A stretch of DNA of 63,979 bases, the filler included, from Reticulomyxa filosa (lineage: Eukaryota; Protista; Foraminifera), in NCBI GenBank assembly GCA_000512085.1. It is 23 parts of 23 records of this genome, joined end to end, with 100 filler letters (N's around TTAATTAATTAA, not from the genome) between each part and the next. Parts side by side here need not be neighbours in the genome. Positions count along the whole stretch, not along the records: positions 50,928 to 55,418 come from ASPP01018758.1; positions 55,519 to 56,993 come from ASPP01002624.1; positions 57,094 to 59,021 come from ASPP01000651.1; positions 59,122 to 60,265 come from ASPP01013168.1; positions 60,366 to 62,879 come from ASPP01012137.1; positions 62,980 to 63,979 come from ASPP01036032.1; 17 more parts are not named here. One strand, written 5' to 3'. Positions within the stretch are counted from its first letter, which is position 1. The number at the start of each line of letters is the position of its first letter. Positions 50,928-63,979 of the stretch are shown piece by piece. The notes beneath the pieces were generated by a model that did no database searches, was not told the origin of the DNA, and saw only the letters and a program-made list of their open reading frames with translations. A program made the translations under genes and the position numbers.

Positions 50928-52265
50928 TGATGATGATGATAAGAAAAGAAGGGAACAAGGAACTCAAAATCAAAAGAAACAGGCTCTAAAGAAAATTGAA
51001 ATCAGCTTTTCCGAAGCAGATGAACCGATCCCGGAATTTCGCAAAATGAAAACCACAATGGATCTGGAGAGGACACGACAAGGCAATCGCTATAGCGGCA
51101 AATACTCCAACAAGCTTCCTTTCATCTTTTCCAAACCAAAGCCTCGACAAAGACTAAGTTTGCAAGATGTCACTCCTCACACTGAAAAAGTTTTGTCTCT
51201 ATTTTGTATTTGTGCGTAGCAACTATTGTTATGGTGTGCATGTGCGTATGCATTGTGCGAAAGGATTTGAAACGCTTCGAAGGGCTAAAGTCGAGGACAG
51301 AACGCCAAAAGCAGCGAGAGATTGTAAAGAGGTACATGGCTTTGGGTGCGGCCACTTTGGCACATGGGTACGAGCACGAAAGCCAACAAAAAGCAAGGAA
51401 TCGCGTTCACAATGAGTTGCATACCAAAGTTCGTGGTCGAGCAAGTATTGATGGTCCTCGCACTGCCGTCTTGTTCCGAAGTCTACGCAAAATTAGTGAA
51501 GGAACTGAAGTTTCTTTTTTTTTTTATCTTTTAATAAAATGTTATAATAACAATAATAATAATAATAATAATAATAAAGCCAATGCAAACGCCAATCTCG
51601 CCTGCCAAACAGAAATATCCAGACGATGAGATGGACGCGGAAGAGATGAGCAAAATCCAGATTCGTCAACGCTCAGCTTCTGAAGCATTCACACAGGGCT
51701 CGTTGGACTCGCCTGATCCGGTAGCCAAACAGCAACAACGTCTTCCTCCAATTAGTATCCCTTTGTCTACCACAGACTCGGTCGACAATACCGCAGGTGT
51801 GTATGCCAAGGGATTGACTGATCACCAACAACAACAAAAAAAAAAAAAAAGGAGGGGGAGGGGGGAGGAAGGAAAATAATGACATAGATATTTTGGAAAA
51901 ATAAAAAGATTTGTATTGTATGCTTGAATATAAACTGGGATAAACCTGAACACTCAATGCAGATGCGAAAGAGCGCGAAGGACCGACTCCAATGTCCCCT
52001 CCGCCGAGCGCAGCCTCTCCAAATGTGAATGCGACTTTGCCAGATGCTCAATCGACAAAGCAAGAGGCAAGCAATACTGACAGCGATCCCGTCGATGTTG
52101 AGCAAAGATCGAGAGGCAATACCAAAATACTCTCCAAGCATTTGCGTTGTCGCCAGATAGACAATGCCATTGAATTATTGCAAAATGTTCATTTGAAAGA
52201 GGTAATGCATGTTGTGTGTTATTCCACAAAGAGCACTTTCCAAAAGTATTATATACATATAAATA

Positions 52266-52296
<31 letters not shown>

Positions 52297-53777
52297 ATAT
52301 GTGTATATGTATATAATGTATATATTATGAATAGACACATCAGTATATCAAGGCACAATTTGTTCGAACTTTTGGAGCCCTTCATGTGGAGAGACAACTG
52401 TTTGAAGAGCGACTAATGAAGGTTATAAACACCCCGCCAAATCCGAATTTGTATGTCAATTTAGAACTGCTGACGAAGAAACAGCACGTGATAACCCCGC
52501 ATACACTGCTTCCATTTCATCAATTGGATGCGTTGCCAAAGTTGTTAGACACACTCCGAAATAATCTCATATCGGCCAATGGAAATGCGATGATAATCTT
52601 CAATGCCCATAAAAAATTTTTGTTTGGGATATTGGCGTTGCATGGTGTGTTTGACCCCAATGCGAAGGCACCCTCTCCACCTCGCACGCCTTCGTTCAGC
52701 TCGCGTTCCGATTCTCCCTCTCGTTCCAAAAAGGATCGATCCCGATCCCGGTCTCGCTCTCCCTCGCAATCGAGATCACAACCTCCACCGAACAATGATG
52801 ACAACCCCAACCCTCCTCGATCACCCTCTCCGCAGCCGAGCGAAGACAGCAACTCGAACAATCAAAGATTTCCAGTGTATGACTTTGGTTTGAATGTGGA
52901 TGAATATCCACGTGTAAATATCGCTGTCCGTCCAGATGCAGATGACGTTGGCGTTCAATGTAAGAGTGAGTGCCAACCTGACCATTCATGCTCGACACTA
53001 CACTGCGAACGATGTGCACAAACAAAAGACCAACGCAAAGGTCGTCTATCTCGTCATTCGTGCTCACTCGCTTCTCACAATCCACTGATCCCCAAATCAT
53101 CCAAACAACACTTTTCTGCCTTTTGGAATGATAATAATGACGATGACGATGATGATGATGATGACAACCCACACTTATCAAGCGAAGATGAGTCTCCTGG
53201 ACATATCAATGACTTGCCTCGAATTGACACGGATACCAACATTGACACAGAGGCACGGCCAAAAACAACACAGGAACATGGCAATGCTAAAAAGGCAGAT
53301 ATTTTGGTAGAGTCAACTGTACCGACAAAATATGTCAATGATAAAACAACCTTTTTGATGACCAAATTCCAAATCATGATGATAATTTTGATTGCAATAG
53401 TTACAATTACATTGGGTCGTGTTTCGAATGTAAATGTAACAGATCACACGCCAGTGCACTGGTGGTTCCTTGACACTAAAAAACATGAAGTTTATACTAA
53501 TTCCACTCCTAATGATTTGCTTGCACATTTGGAAACTGAGTCCTATGCTTGCGCAAATTCTTTCCAAACTCCAATATCTTCTTCAATAGCCGCTGACACA
53601 AATTCGCAATGTTCCGATCAGTTATCCAATTCAAATGTGAACGCAAGCTCACCACTTTGGAAAAAAATATCTTCTGTTAGCGATAACAGTGGATTCGATG
53701 AATCAAATCGTACTCTTAATTCGTCAACCAGACTTCCTGTTCGTTTTCATAACTCGAATGAAAAAAACAGCCAGTGA
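50928..53777 (+). CDS. Large hypothetical multi-exon protein with RS/proline-rich and acidic low-complexity tracts
   Basis: Chain of coding exons separated by A/TA-rich introns. The last open frame is 463 aa. No family recognised. Confidence 0.55.
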
Positions 53778-54372
53778 TTTGCACTTCTACAAAGGAAATG
53801 CAATTTACATTGATGAATTACCAACTCCCTTTCTTTTCTTTTTTCTCTTTTTGTGAACTTTTGTTGTGTGACGACTAATGTACTTTCTTTACTCTTTTTT
53901 CTGTTTTGCTTGCAAAATCGCATGTCTGCTTGTATTTACGCCTCAAACAAGTTTTTTTTGATGTGGTTGGGAATACAAAAAAAAAAATTGAACTTTGTTG
54001 ACAAGTTTCTTTCCTTATCAAGTCTTGTGATAGATTTTATCACAGTAGTTTTAAGAACAATTTGCATTTTTTTTGTTGTATAATCAATTCTTCTTTGCAA
54101 CATTGTAGTGTGATACTGGCCAAAAAATTGGACATTCTCAATACAATTGTTTGCTTTTGAGTTTAGTTAAACGTAAAACGGAGCAGCTAATTTCTGCAAA
54201 TTATCATTTAAAATATTTTCACACAATCATTTTAAGTTAAATACAATAGAACGCAAGACAAAACAAAAGCAGCTGTTAATGTTTTTTGTTGAGACAATTT
54301 CATTCAACAAAAGACACTAAAAATTATCCAGAATGTGTGAAAGAGTGTTTGTTTTAGTTTAAAGATTTTAGT

Positions 54373-55402
<1,030 letters not shown>

Positions 55403-55599
55403 CTAAAAAAAAAAAAAANNNNNNNNNNNNNNNNNNNNNNNNNNNNNNNNNNNNNNNNNNNNTTAATTAATTAANNNNNNNNNNNNNNNNNNNNNNNNNN
55501 NNNNNNNNNNNNNNNNNNGAATATTGGTTGGATTTATTACAGTATTTGTGTATTTCAACAGAAACTTCGGATGTTGTTGTCCAATGTTACAAACAAAAT

Positions 55600-56900
55600 T
55601 TTAAAAAACACATTGACACTTACTTTGCGGGATATCAGTGAACTTAAATGAACGACAATTAAAGGCATTCATCAAAAATTCAATAGCATCATTCGAGAGT
55701 GGAAAAATTACAATTTGTAAAGAATATGCACACGCACATGCAACGATTTCATCACAATCGGAGGGAAAACAGCTGGATAATACATTACAATGTTTGATTC
55801 ATAGGTTTCCTTCATATTTTTATGATTGTTATGCAACTCAACTTATAATGATATTGAAAGAAGAACAATTAGATTATTTTTTTTAAATATTTGATTAATG
55901 GATTACCTGATGAAAAGGAAGATGAAGATAATCGTAAAAAATGTGTAGAATTAATGGAGAAATCTCAATGAAATGGAATAAAAACAATTGATTGATGCTT
56001 TCAATTCTTTAATAGACATACACAATAAAAAAAATTATTGGGTGTACAGAAGTGCAATTGAGACAATTACAATGAAATTGTCTGGGGGACAATTCCATAA
56101 TACTTTTAGTTATTTAATTAATAGATTAAATCGTGAAGATATATATAATGATAAATACACTGATTTACTTAAAAGAATTGCACAGAGATTGGATGAAAAA
56201 CAAATGAAAATTGCATTGAATCATTTAATGGGTAAGTTAAATGATAAAAATAAACATCAAAATATTGTTATCAAGTACATTCAATTACTTACAGAAGTTT
56301 TAAATAAATGTAATGAACAATAATTGAACGAAGCTTTTAACTCTTCAATGAATATATTCACTGATAAAGAATGATAATGCATATGTGCGTGCAGAATTAC
56401 TTGGGACAATTGCAGCGAATCTAAATAGAAAACATTTCGATGATGCTTTTCAATGTTTCACAAATGAATTAAAAGATAGTGATTCGAGTGTTCGAAAGTC
56501 ATGTGCAAAATCACTTACAACACTTTCAAAGAAATGGAATGATAAACAATTGGATATTACTGTTCAATGTTTGGTTGCTGGATTTCAAAATATAAGTGGA
56601 TATGATCATTATATATTTAGAGATTTGCTTGAAGGAATTGCAATGCAATTGAATGAAACGCAAATCGATTCTCTTTTCACATGTTTAATCAATAAACTCA
56701 AAAATAACAGTGGACAGGATCGTAACTTGTATGCAAAATCTATTGGATATTTTTCAATAAATTAAACAAAAGGCAATTAAATGATGCTTTTGAATATTTT
56801 AATGGATTAAAAGATGGAAATAAATGTATTCACGCCTTTGTGAAAAATCACTTGAAACAATTTTAACAAAATTGAATGATAGACAAAATTTGTTTCAAGA
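55600..56900 (+). pseudogene. HEAT-repeat (PBS-lyase-like) pseudogene, probable C-terminal region of a NACHT-HEAT protein
   Basis: Repeats such as FDDAFQCFTNELKDSDSSVRKSCAKSL..WNDKQLD. In-frame TAA at 56321 plus several frameshifts. Confidence 0.75.
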
Positions 56901-57189
56901 CGATTTATCAATGAACGAGAAAGACAGAAATAATTGAAAAAATAAAACAAAAGCAGAAGGAGTCTTCAAACAGTGTATACATTTCAGCAACAANNNNNNN
57001 NNNNNNNNNNNNNNNNNNNNNNNNNNNNNNNNNNNNNTTAATTAATTAANNNNNNNNNNNNNNNNNNNNNNNNNNNNNNNNNNNNNNNNNNNNTTGAAAG
57101 TATTTTCTTTGTATCTTTGTCTTTGTTTCTGTTTTCTCCACGATCTCGTTATTAATAATCGAAAATTAACTTCGAATTTCTTTTAGATA

Positions 57190-58970
57190 CTGCTAGATGT
57201 TGATATTTTGCGATGGAAATATATATCCCAATCCTGGTATTGGAGGTGTAGGACTTGTAATTCAAGGTCCAAGTACGCCAAAATGGTTGGAATTGGAAAG
57301 ATTGGAATGCACATCATGGCTGGATCATAACATCGATGATGCGGGTGAATGTATTTTTGATTTCATTGTATCCAATGGACTACATATTTTAAATGCAATG
57401 CCATTTAACAGCACAGATGATGTTGAATTGGATGTACTCAGATCATCTCCCAATCACGTTCAATATCAAAACCACGTGGTCACCACCACGAATTGAAATC
57501 TGAGAAGTAACAAATAGGAACAATTTAGATTGAGATTGAAAAGAAATATTGACAATTGGATGCAATCTATTGTATTGATAACACTGAGACATTGGACAAA
57601 GCATAAAGAATCAAGGAATATCGTAAAAAAAGCAAAACAAAACAAGGAAAGTCAAACTTTTCAACATTACAATTTTGTGGTAAAATTGTAAACAAAATAA
57701 AAGAAAGTATTTTTACTTTGAAATTTGAATAAAGATATTGGTCAGGTCAGCTGCAAGTTGTGATTGTTGGTTATGCAAACCCTTTATCTCTAATCAACTC
57801 TCATTTCAAAATCCAAATTGATTAAAATGTTTACACAAAACAAATAAATAAAAGAAATGCTTTTATTAAAAAATTTATTTAGATCTCCCTTGTACGGAGA
57901 TAAAAAGCATTCTCAGTGGAGTGGCTGCAACACCTTTGGGTTCGGCGACCACGCTAAGGGTTTCTTTTTGTCCGGTTTCACCGCGCTTCTTTGGCCCATT
58001 TCGAGATTAGTGACATGGCCGGAGGTTGCTTGGGGCTTTTTTTTAATTTTCCTTGACCGATGGCTAACATCTTCCATTTGTTCGACCAAATGGATACTTC
58101 ATCCAGGCTTTGTTGCAACAGTTTTGATTGAACATCCATCACTTGTGAATATTGATGCTCACAATGCCACATTAACCTTGATCATAATATCTGGTTTCCA
58201 TGTTCTGTCTCCAACAACGAAATATTTTATCACAGGGACAATACATTGATATCCACCAATTGCGACGTAAATCTTGGTACCGCAAACGTTCCATCAAAAA
58301 ATCTCGTCTTCTTCGACCAAATACAATCAGGAGACTCTGATCTTTGGATGTTACTCAAATAATCATTCAATCCAACTTTGCCAGTGATCAACCGACAAAT
58401 GATCTCTCGTCATTAAATGATTTCAATATATACCCAAAATGAACAGTCGAAACAAAATAATATTAACAAGAAAGAATGTTGAACAAAATTGAGCAACTTT
58501 TCTATTAAATAAGCCGAAATATGATTTTCTTTAATAAGTGTTTAAATTTTATTTTTTGTTTTAGTTTGCTTTAATTTTGTTAAGAGATGTGAATTGAATC
58601 TCAATATTTTCATTAGAGTACTGTGTTCCTTTTGGGACGAGGTGCTCATTTTAACTTGGATAAAAAAAAAGTCATTGTCCAACGGTACCAGGGTCTCATC
58701 TGATGTTGGCTCATTGAAGATTGCAAATGGTGATTTGTTAGATTATGGTATTGCAATTGGTGGAATCGCCAGCTTCAGCCGCATGGATACATCCACGAGA
58801 TAATCTGACAATTTACCAATCCATGAGATGTAATTCAAATGTGTCTTTGGTCTCGAGAGATTACATTGACAGTGTCATAAGCAGTCTGGTTCATTACACC
58901 AAGAATTCGACACATTACAATCCTTTGTATCCTTTCTAATCGCCTCTTATTAGTGTCTGCTGCACCATTC
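57190..58970. mobile_element. Scrambled relic of a non-LTR retrotransposon (APE endonuclease, RT, RNase H, C-terminal Zn-knuckle region)
   Basis: Plus strand: IFCDG..PNPGIGGVGLVI (RNase H) and DWNAHH..WLD..GECIFDFIVSNGLHILN (APE). Minus strand: WNGAADTNKRRLERIQRIVMCRILG (post-RT), CRLITGKVGLNDYL..SPDCIW (C-terminal) and NVAL*ASIFTSD..LQQSLDEVSIWSNKWKM (RT). Confidence 0.85.
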
Positions 58971-59170
58971 CATGGTCTTGTGGACGTATACGTCATTTTC
59001 AATAATTGTTCATATGGTTTANNNNNNNNNNNNNNNNNNNNNNNNNNNNNNNNNNNNNNNNNNNNTTAATTAATTAANNNNNNNNNNNNNNNNNNNNNNN
59101 NNNNNNNNNNNNNNNNNNNNNATATATATATATATATATATATGTACATATATGTATACAACAATGTCAG

Positions 59171-60200
59171 ATCAAATTTAAAGCCATGAATTCCGAAGTG
59201 CTAATGGGGTCCAATCATGCGTTTGCCAGTGGCTTTGGATTTGATGTGGATTTGTTGCCACCTGTTTCCGTGTTGAAATCGCAGCTGAGAGAGTACGTGC
59301 CAGATTGGTCCACTACGTACACCCACAAGTTTCCACTTAAGTCGGGGATGAAAATGCCGTATTTCAAGCTCCGTATTTGCGGTGTGATGAGTGGTGCTCA
59401 AATCTTTGTCTCACCAACAAACATTGATATCAAAAGAGAAACCTGGATCGACAAAGAAACTTTGGCAGTTGAATTTTTGTGTTTATATGTACATATACAT
59501 GTATATACGTATGTATTTACATGTATAAATAAATACATACATAAATAAATATATATATAAATAAATATATACATAAATAAATATATACATATATGTATAT
59601 GTATATGCACATATTGATATTAAACAAAAAAAAAAAGTCTCCTCAAGAGACTCCAAGTTCACCCACACAAGATGAGTCGTTTTCAGGATGCTTTGAAAAG
59701 ATGTCAAAAAATACACGAAAAGACAACGTATTGAAACAAGTGGCTCTGAAGCACGAATTGAAGTTTTGTTATTCGTATGACTTGGAGATTCCGGAGGGAT
59801 TGGGGAAGCAATTTCCGTATCACTGGCGTTCGTTTTGTGAGAACCACATATATGAAACGGACTATCAACAAGAATCGTTCATGGCGTCTCAAGCACAAGA
59901 CCTGTTGCATCGTCAGCACTCTTCACCCGAGCCAATGTGTCACGAGACGATGGAGCCAGAGAACGACGCACTGACCCAACCGCGTCCCCCATGGCAAATT
60001 CCTAACCCATTGATAAGGCTGCCGCTTTCGCCAAAAATGCCATCTTCCACCTTTGTCGACCTATCCAACAGTCAGATCTTCAACTCGTCGGAGCATTGGA
60101 GGCAAGAGACAAAGCCGTCGCCAATGAAGGCGTGGTGTGGTCGAGAGCACATTAGTCCTATTGAAAACTACAGTGGTATATATAGCTCTTTCTTTTTATA
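59171..60200 (+). CDS. Hypothetical protein, internal exons
   Basis: Two coding exons separated by a TA-repeat intron at about 59481-59636. No family recognised. Confidence 0.55.
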
Positions 60201-60365
60201 CGTATCTCTCTCCAACAATACAACACCATACCCCCTCACTCCTCACTCCTCCCTCCAAAAAAAAANNNNNNNNNNNNNNNNNNNNNNNNNNNNNNNNNNN
60301 NNNNNNNNNTTAATTAATTAANNNNNNNNNNNNNNNNNNNNNNNNNNNNNNNNNNNNNNNNNNNN

Positions 60366-61176
60366 AAATCCAAATCCAAATCCAAATGTAAATATAAATG
60401 CAAATACAAATGCAAATTCAAATTCGATGCTAATGTCAAATGGGACAACTTTATATCCTCTCAATCCCAACTCAAACCCAAACTCAAACGCAAATGTCCT
60501 TGTTTCGATGCCTGTTCCGATCAACGAACGGGAACCAGAGGGATATTATATGACTCCTCAATATCGCTATCCTTGCTTGTCCGCAGCGGACTACATGCCC
60601 TCAACTACCAATCAAAGCCCTTTGGCTCGACATCATATTTCGCACGATATGGACAAACAGAGTGATCATCACTCGCGGGGTCAATCGCCGAGTGAATACC
60701 GCTTTGGTCCTCAATTGCGTCCGCACTTTGCCTTGCGGACGACCACCGAGGATGACAAGCACAATCGCTCTGTGGATATGCTTGCTCGTGATATGCATGT
60801 GGATGATGATAATGGTAATGATAATGGTAATGATAATGATAACAATGGCGATTATGGTACTTATAATAGTAATGGTGGTGATAAACAAGGGTATGACGAA
60901 ACTCAAAAACAAATGATCGAACGTGAACTCTCTGCTGCTAACGCATTGTTCACTGATGAAGTCGATAAAATGATTGCAAAGAATGATCACACTTGCGAAA
61001 AATGCTTGCAAAAGGGACACACTCAATTTGAGTGCACTCAACAGGAATGGACTTGCCATTACTGTGGACAAAAAGGTCATTCTCTAAAACTTTGTCCGAG
61101 GCGTCGTTGTTTTCATTGTAGCAAAGTGGGGCATTGGCAATATCAATGCCCTTATTTAAAAAACACTTCTTCTTAA
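60366..61176 (+). CDS. Protein with three C-terminal CCHC zinc knuckles (5' truncated)
   Basis: CEKCLQKGHTQFEC, CHYCGQKGHSLKLC and CFHCSKVGHWQYQC all fit CX2CX4HX4C. Confidence 0.88.
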
Positions 61177-63080
61177 ATGCTCCAACTATATCTCTTTCTC
61201 TCTGTTATTTCAACACTCTTTTCTGGAAGCTTTTTTAAAATACTCTATATAAGCAAGGAGTACGTACTGGAAGAAACTTAACTTAAAAAAAAAAATAAAA
61301 AAAAAAACAAGATGGAGCGTATTAGATGCAGAGGGAGATTATTTTTTCCACTTTTTTTTATGCTGTTCTTCTTTCAGTTGTTTTTATTCTCTGGCTTTTT
61401 TTTCTACAAAAATTCTAACGTCAATCTGTTGACTCCTTTGAAAACGGAAACAATCTAATATTTGTTGGAACTTCAATTCATTTACTTTAATTCACCACAG
61501 TTTTGAGATGCATTGTATTTTGTTTGTTATGCGGTAGCTGTACAAATTTTCTACAAAAAAATATCTCAAAATTATACTGCAAAATTATTGTCTACATTTT
61601 TGTCTAACTAGAAAGTATTTTCGATTATCATGTCATATGAATTGAAAGCAAATAAAATAAGACAACATGTTAAGAATATTGAAAATTTGATAGGAAGGAG
61701 CGAACACGCAATGAATAGCATTGAAATTAAGATTTTAGTGAGAGATGTAAAAATACAAAATTACAGTTGTGAAACCAACAAGTTTAAAAGGAAGTAAAAC
61801 ATCATTGGAAAAAGATTCAAGTAGATTATGGAGATTTTAATCAAACACTTGATATTGTTGCAATCATATGGAAAAAGGCAGAACAATTCAGCTTGATTGT
61901 ATCTGAAAATAAACATTTCTTTAATAAACAATTATAACATTAAATTATATGTTTTCAAAACATGATGTATATTGAATCAAAAAACATTGAAGAAGTCTAC
62001 AACATTGTAAGAATATACTGTCATTGAAAATCTAAAATTAAGTCATTTATTCTATATATATGTTCTGGCATAAAAACCTAACAATCAAATGGAAGAAAGA
62101 AGTGAAATAAGCAAGTGATGGACATTGATCAAAATTAATGATATAATCTGTGAATGAACTGATTCAAAAGAAATCAAAAAATTTCAAATTATAAAATCGA
62201 TAAAAATGGACTCTCTTTGTTGAATTAAGATACAATTGAAAATAGGTTTGATTAGTGGATGTATCACGACGATGAAATGCTCCTGTTTGAATAGTGTACA
62301 TATTTGCTTTTGTAACAAGTGCTTTTTCAAATGCTATTCAATTTATACCTCTTCATATGAAACTTTCAATTGTCTCGAGAGTAAATTCATCAATTCTCAG
62401 TGACTGGTGATTATTCATTCAATGCAATTGATTTAATATCACCTTTTACTTTGTTTGTACTTCAGTGCATTGTACATTTCTTTGAATTGAATGACATAGT
62501 CAATGCTTTACAATCGATAACACACTTCTATCCAAAAAAAAAGGCATAATTTATTATTCTCATTGCAATCACTGTATCTAATTTGGTTAAATTATTAACA
62601 TCATTTAACCGTTCTTTATTTTGAATAATATTTAAACCATTCAATTGAAAATATGCAACTAAATATAAGTGTATCAAATTACTTTCACTTATTAAATGAG
62701 GCATATTTAAAAAAATTATTTTCATAAATCGAATATTCACTGTCGCCAAAAAAATTTTAATGTTTAACATAAACTTAAATAAATAAAATGAACTTTATGA
62801 TCAACAACTAAATTTAAAATCCAAAAATAACGAAAAAATAAAAGAAAAAAAAAAAAGGAAAACTATGAGCCAGGCGGCANNNNNNNNNNNNNNNNNNNNN
62901 NNNNNNNNNNNNNNNNNNNNNNNTTAATTAATTAANNNNNNNNNNNNNNNNNNNNNNNNNNNNNNNNNNNNNNNNNNNNAAGCTGTGCAGTTATACTTTT
63001 TTCTACGGTCTCTTTCTCGCCTTGCTTCAACAGCACATAGACAATATATCAATTGTAATTATTTACTTCTGTAAACATAG

Positions 63081-63386
63081 GAGCAATACAAAAACGGTGG
63101 ACCCAGACCTTTGTGGGCAAATACAAACGTTGGAGGCTGGCAAATTGGTAAAGGTGGAGTCACCAATATCGTGTTTAGCAACGGACAATTAGATCCTTGG
63201 AGAGGGGGTGGTATTACCTTGAATTTATCACAAACAATCACCAGTATTGTAATACCAGATTCAGGACATCATATTGACTTGTTCTTCAGTAATCCTGACG
63301 ATACTGCGGCGGTTAAAAACGCCAGAGAGTATGAATTAACACAAATTAAAGAATGGACAGAGCAATCTAAAATGCGATGGTTATAA
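63081..63386 (+). CDS. Serine peptidase S28 (Pro-X carboxypeptidase/DPP7-like), last exon
   Basis: TNIVFSNGQLDPWRGGG (catalytic Asp) and GHHIDLFFSNPDD (catalytic His). Confidence 0.9.
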   Translation, partial: EQYKNGGPRPLWANTNVGGWQIGKGGVTNIVFSNGQLDPWRGGGITLNLSQTITSIVIPDSGHHIDLFFSNPDDTAAVKNAREYELTQIKEWTEQSKMRWL

Positions 63387-63979
63387 AAAAAAATTTTGAA
63401 GAAGTTTGTTCATATGTAAAAGTTTTACATGAAGAAAAAAATGAGCAAATGTTTTGTTAAATTCACAAAATTGTCAATTTGTGTTATTTTTTTGCTTCTC
63501 AAAAGAAAGATAATAAAAATGTGTTTTTAAAATTTTAAATAACAACTTTACATTGCTAAGCTTTGAACGAAATCGCCAAGTTCTCTAAGAATTTTCACTT
63601 TCTGATTTTGCAAAATAGATCAAATTCTGTGATATTCTTTTATCAAATTGTTGAGATTATTGTTACACATTTGTAGGGCAAGTTCATATTACACACGGCT
63701 GAGCCCTTATTGAACTGATGAGCTCCCGTTGGGTTAAACTTCTCCAACAAACTTTCGTTCTTGTTTTTGTGTTCGTTTTCTTTTTATAAAGCCAGAAAAG
63801 ATGGTCAATAAGTTAATTAATATTTTTATTTTTTGTTCAAGTTGAAATGAAGAAAACTTGAACGGATCACAACGAAGTGACCTTCGACCCAACGGCATCG
63901 AAGATGTCGCTAATGAGTGATAATAGTTTGCTGAAATCTTTCAATTGTTTTTTATTTTGTTTTTTCTTAAAATGAAATA

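Noticed and set aside
55600-56900. Stop-codon reassignment (TAA read as Gln) to explain in-frame stops
   Set aside because: The same regions also have frameshifts, and conserved genes (tubulin, ABHD13, AP-2 mu, S28) have no internal stops; those with visible ends stop at TAA/TAG.

Overview
This is not one continuous locus. It is 23 short contigs (about 1-5 kb) joined by 22 identical artificial 100-nt spacers (N44-TTAATTAATTAA-N44), so adjacency across spacers means nothing. Twenty-two contigs are very AT-rich eukaryotic DNA, many with spliceosomal introns, and show homopolymer-type frameshifts. Their gene families (RING/TRAF-WD40, Kelch, NACHT/HEAT, TPR, caspase-like, 7TM-RGS, many pseudogenes) strongly resemble a foraminiferan draft genome such as Reticulomyxa filosa; this is inference from family recognition, not a search. 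Recognisable housekeeping genes: beta-tubulin, AP-2 mu, ABHD13/Bem46-type hydrolase, class I (HDAC8/Hos1-like) deacetylase, S28 peptidase, a TMEM151-like protein and a CCHC-knuckle protein. One contig (24253-25689) is foreign, GC-rich bacterial-style DNA. It encodes a podovirus-type tail fibre (one frameshift, low-GC C-terminal tip, hairpin just after the stop) and an overlapping T7 gp13/DUF2833-like gene. Another contig (57094-59021) is a scrambled RNase H-bearing LINE relic with a possible decayed HDV-like ribozyme. The best leads are the phage contig, an expanded NLR/TRAF/caspase-like signalling toolkit undergoing birth-and-death, the 7TM-RGS fusion and poly-A 3' splice sites. No complete new system can be shown from these fragments.
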